Assembly: GCA_965208615.1 (NCBI GenBank)
Contig: CBDBPB010000001.1
Span: 320,001 to 384,000, forward strand
Source of the DNA: Spirochaetota bacterium
Lineage (GTDB): Bacteria; Spirochaetota; UBA6919; CBDBPB01
Length of the DNA: 64,000 nucleotides
Direction: 5' to 3'
Positions 60,410-64,000 of the stretch are shown here, in pieces (within the stretch, counting starts at the first letter, position 1; each line of letters starts with the position of its first letter). The translations under genes and the position numbers were made by a program. The notes below the pieces were generated by a model, which was given only the letters and a program-made list of their open reading frames with translations, ran no database searches and was not told where the DNA came from.

Positions 60410-61915
60410 ATGCTTTTTATTAAAAACCGGTTAGATAAATTCCAAACGATTTTGCAAAGCTTTAACAATAAAAATCACTGGAATATAATTCATATTTTGG
60501 CAATTATAGGTTTATTAATAAGGATATTTGTAGCTCTTCATTCTGATTACATTCATCACCCCGATGAAATATTTCAATACTTAGAACAGGCTCATCGAAA
60601 TGTTTTTGGCTATAGTTATATTCCATGGGAATATCGTTTTGGCACCAGATCATGGCTATTACCCTACTTTATTTCAATTTTTTTATATGCTTTTAAGTTT
60701 TTTAACATTGATGACCCAGTACTATATATTAATTTTATTAAAATAGTTTTTTGTTTTATTTCTACAACTCTTATTTATTCAGCATATATCATCACTAGAA
60801 GACTCTTCTCTGATAATGCAGGTAAAATAGCTGCCATACTCACTTGTTTTTGGTATGAATTAATTTATTTTTCTCATAAGCCAACTCCTGAGGTACTTGG
60901 TGCATACCTATTTATGATAGCTATGGCAATTGTCATTACTAAATCTGATAATACTAGTTCAATAATATTTGGTTTACTTTGTGCATTGGTTATTGCTTTA
61001 CGAATTCAATATATAGTACCTATTGGCTTTTTGGGTCTTTATGCTTTACTTAAATGGAAAAGAAAAAAAATATACTTGGCAACGTTGAGTTCTTTTGTAG
61101 TTATTACTATTGCCGGTTATATTGACTATATTACATGGGGTAACTTTTTCATATCTTATTATAATAATTATCTTTTTAACTCGGTTTATAACATATCATC
61201 AATTTTTGGCGTATCTCCTTTTACTTATTACTTTGTCATCCTAACAGTTAACTCATTAGGAGTATTCTCCATAACCTATCTACTTAGTTTTAAGTATTTA
61301 CGTAATACATGGCTACTTTTACTTTGTTTATCAAGCGTTATAATCTCACATTCAATAATACCACACAAAGAATACCGATTTATATTTCTCGTAATACCTA
61401 TTTTTTTAGTACTATTATCTAATATTTTAAATAAAGTTTTTCTACGTTACAGGCAAATATTAAATAAATATTTTTTATTGATAATAATATTTCTTATAAT
61501 TTTGTTAGCAGGAAAAGTTAATAAGAAATACGAAAAAAAAATGTTTAACAAAGAGAATATACTGACTAGTTATTTATATTTATACAACGAACCTGATTTA
61601 CACTCAATTTTAAATATTGCCAAACCATGGTATGGAACCGGAGGATACTATTACTTACACAGGGATGTACCAATAATAGTCAATTATAAATATTTCAACT
61701 TGGATAATGATAAAAGTTATTTATCCTATATAAGCCATATTATTTGTCCGTTTGGTTATAAATATATCCCAGGTTTTAAAACTATAAAAACAATAGGATC
61801 AATTGAGATTAGAAAACAGATAAATCCACCTTCTAAATATAAAAGGATTCCTTTTGACACAAAAAATCCTAAACAACCTAATATTGATAGTAAATATAAA
61901 CCTAATATAAAATAG
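60410..61915 (+). CDS. Alg9/PIG-B-like (GT22-type) mannosyltransferase
   Basis: HPDEIFQYLEQAH, PWEY..G.RSW, PHKEYRFI. Confidence 0.85.
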   Translation: MLFIKNRLDKFQTILQSFNNKNHWNIIHILAIIGLLIRIFVALHSDYIHHPDEIFQYLEQAHRNVFGYSYIPWEYRFGTRSWLLPYFISIFLYAFKFFNIDDPVLYINFIKIVFCFISTTLIYSAYIITRRLFSDNAGKIAAILTCFWYELIYFSHKPTPEVLGAYLFMIAMAIVITKSDNTSSIIFGLLCALVIALRIQYIVPIGFLGLYALLKWKRKKIYLATLSSFVVITIAGYIDYITWGNFFISYYNNYLFNSVYNISSIFGVSPFTYYFVILTVNSLGVFSITYLLSFKYLRNTWLLLLCLSSVIISHSIIPHKEYRFIFLVIPIFLVLLSNILNKVFLRYRQILNKYFLLIIIFLIILLAGKVNKKYEKKMFNKENILTSYLYLYNEPDLHSILNIAKPWYGTGGYYYLHRDVPIIVNYKYFNLDNDKSYLSYISHIICPFGYKYIPGFKTIKTIGSIEIRKQINPPSKYKRIPFDTKNPKQPNIDSKYKPNIK

Positions 61916-61995
61916 TTTTTGTTGTTTGATTTATAATTTAAAAAAACATGTTTTAATATATTTGACTTTTAATCATTATTAACCATATTTGTCTT

Positions 61996-62700
61996 ATGAA
62001 AATACTTATCATTATTCCCACATATAACGAAAAAGATAATATAGAAAATATATTAAAAGAAATTATTGATGCTCATCCAAAACCAGACATCCTAGTTATT
62101 GATGATAACTCTCCTGATGGTACAGGACAAATTGCCGATGATATGTCAAATAAATATAATAGAATTAAAGTAGTCCATAGAACAGGAAAAATGGGATTGG
62201 GTACTGCATATATCGAAGGATTTAAAAAAGCTATGTCAGAAAACTATGACTACGTTTTTGAGATGGATGCAGACTTCTCTCATGATCCTAAGGATATACC
62301 CAGATTTATAAAGGCTATTAAAAATAATGACCTTGTTATTGGATCACGATATGTTCCCAAAGGTAGAATAGTAGGATGGGGACTTATTAGATATGCAATT
62401 AGTATGGGAGGTAATATTTTAGCTAGGTTAATACTAAAGTTGCCTATTAAAGATTGTACCACTGGATTTAGGTGCTATCGTATTACAGCACTAAAACAAA
62501 TCAACCTAGATAATATTAGCTCAGAAGGTTATGGCTTTCAGGTAGAACTTGTATTTCTTTTTTATATTAATAAGCTTAAAATCCATGAGATTCCAATTAC
62601 ATTTATCGATAGACAAATAGGTAAGTCCAAAATGAGTAAAAATATTATTATAGAAGCCTTTATCAAACTTATACAACTACGAAAAGAATATACCTCTTAA
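61996..62700 (+). CDS. Polyprenol-monophosphomannose synthase (DPM1-like GT2)
   Basis: IIPTYNE, DDNSPDGT, GLGTAY, EMDADFSHDP, DCTTGFR, F.DR..GKSK. Confidence 0.92.
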   Translation: MKILIIIPTYNEKDNIENILKEIIDAHPKPDILVIDDNSPDGTGQIADDMSNKYNRIKVVHRTGKMGLGTAYIEGFKKAMSENYDYVFEMDADFSHDPKDIPRFIKAIKNNDLVIGSRYVPKGRIVGWGLIRYAISMGGNILARLILKLPIKDCTTGFRCYRITALKQINLDNISSEGYGFQVELVFLFYINKLKIHEIPITFIDRQIGKSKMSKNIIIEAFIKLIQLRKEYTS

Positions 62701-62705
62701 AAAAG

Positions 62706-64000
62706 CTATCCCTTTACTATACCCAAAGGCCTAAGACGAACAACCTTTTTTGCAATACCCGACTCTACAACAACATCCACAACATCAGCTACGTCCTTAT
62801 ATGCCTCAGGCATCTCTTCTGATAAGGTGTTCTTAGCCTTTGATCTAACAATAATACCTTTTTTTAAAAGCTCTTTATCAATTTTACGTCCTTTGGCGAT
62901 CTTCTTAGCCTTTGAACGACTTAATAGACGTCCAGCTCCATGACAACAGCTACCAAAGGTATAATCAAGAGCCTTATCAGTGGGTACAAGTACATAAGAA
63001 TATCTACCCATATCGCCTGGTACTAAAACAGGCTGACCAATACTTTTATAATCCTCAGGTATATCCCTATGATTAGCAGGGAATGCCCTTGTTGCACCCT
63101 TTCTATGAACACATAATTTCTTCATCTTGCCGTCAACTAAGTGATCCTCAATCTTGGCTATGTTATGAGCAACATCATAAACTACCTCTAAACCATGATT
63201 ATCCCTATCCATATTAAATAACTTCTCAAAACTCTCCCTCACCCAATGAGTGATTATCTGTCTGTTGCAAAATGCAAAGTTAATTGCTGATCCCATAGCC
63301 TTTAAATAGTCCTGCCCCTCTTTAGACTTAACAGGCGCACAACATAACTGCCTATCAGAAAGCTTAATTCCATACTTCTTGGACGCATTATCCATTATAC
63401 GTATAAAATCATCGCATATCTGATAACCAAAACCTCTAGAACCTGTGTGAATAAGTACAGTAATATGTCCAGCCTTAAGCCCCATAACTTTAGCGGATAT
63501 ATCATCATAAACCTCATCGACATAACCCACTTCTAAAAAGTGATTGCCAGATCCAAGAGTACCAAGCTGGTTACTACCGCGTCTAAAAGCTTTTTCACTT
63601 ATCACACTATAATCTGCCAAACTACTCTTTCCATTTTCTTCAGTGTGAATAAGATCCTCTTTATAGCCAAAACCATTTTTAACCCCCCACTCTGCTCCAC
63701 TAATACATACCTCTTTCATATTACTATCGGATAACCTCAAATCACCCCTATGAGAACCAAGTCCACTGGGTACGTTCCTAAAAAGAGCATCCACTAAAGG
63801 CCTTATACCATCGTGGATAGAGTCCTTATGAATGTTAGACCTCAAAAGCCTTACACCACAATTAATATCATAACCAACTCCACCAGGGGATATAACACCA
63901 TTATCAATATCGAATGCGGCTACACCCCCTATAGGAAAGCCATATCCACAATGAATATCAGGCATAGCAATAGAGTTACCAATAATACCGGGTAACTCAG
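62706..64000 (-). CDS. rtcB: RNA ligase RtcB (5' end beyond window)
   Basis: MPDIH.GYGFPIGG, GYDINCG, GSGNHF, HTGSRG, HRKGAT, HGAGR; frame open to the window edge. Confidence 0.96.
   Translation of the reverse strand, partial: ELPGIIGNSIAMPDIHCGYGFPIGGVAAFDIDNGVISPGGVGYDINCGVRLLRSNIHKDSIHDGIRPLVDALFRNVPSGLGSHRGDLRLSDSNMKEVCISGAEWGVKNGFGYKEDLIHTEENGKSSLADYSVISEKAFRRGSNQLGTLGSGNHFLEVGYVDEVYDDISAKVMGLKAGHITVLIHTGSRGFGYQICDDFIRIMDNASKKYGIKLSDRQLCCAPVKSKEGQDYLKAMGSAINFAFCNRQIITHWVRESFEKLFNMDRDNHGLEVVYDVAHNIAKIEDHLVDGKMKKLCVHRKGATRAFPANHRDIPEDYKSIGQPVLVPGDMGRYSYVLVPTDKALDYTFGSCCHGAGRLLSRSKAKKIAKGRKIDKELLKKGIIVRSKAKNTLSEEMPEAYKDVADVVDVVVESGIAKKVVRLRPLGIVKG

Noticed and set aside
1618-63995. Short ORFs overlapping longer genes (for example 1618-1965, 9188-9793, 30572-30925, 38912-39298, 54678-55133)
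   Set aside because: Antisense or out-of-frame shadows of well-supported genes, with no motifs or RBS.
1-64000. Apparent block-wise changes in GC skew; tRNA/rRNA genes
   Set aside because: Skew could not be quantified by eye and is confounded by codon bias; no tRNA- or rRNA-like sequence was seen.

Overview
AT-rich bacterial chromosomal window, mostly housekeeping and metabolic genes. No rRNA, tRNA, integrase or intact transposase was seen. It carries system II cytochrome c biogenesis genes, two cytoplasmic sulfite-handling modules (soeABC and a stand-alone aprBA), nfnAB, a TAXI-TRAP transporter with an FAD/Fe-S oxidoreductase, trkAH and a lipid-linked mannosylation cluster. It also has an adaptation-less type I-B CRISPR-Cas locus (cas6, a 7-repeat array, cas8b/cas11-cas7-cas5-cas3). 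A sigma54 promoter upstream of an RpoS-like sigma factor and rpsT-hup synteny hint at a spirochete (inference). The CRISPR locus holds the strongest unexplained signals: a solitary degenerate repeat abutting the cas8b RBS, an array trailer with a 10-nt match to that same site, duplicated leader and Fur-box-like blocks, and a cas3 break on a canonical -1 slippery heptamer. Other notable signals are a perfect 28-bp inverted repeat bracketing 738 bp upstream of nfnAB and decayed copies of aprB and the TAXI gene beside their parents. All calls come from reading the sequence; no database searches were run.
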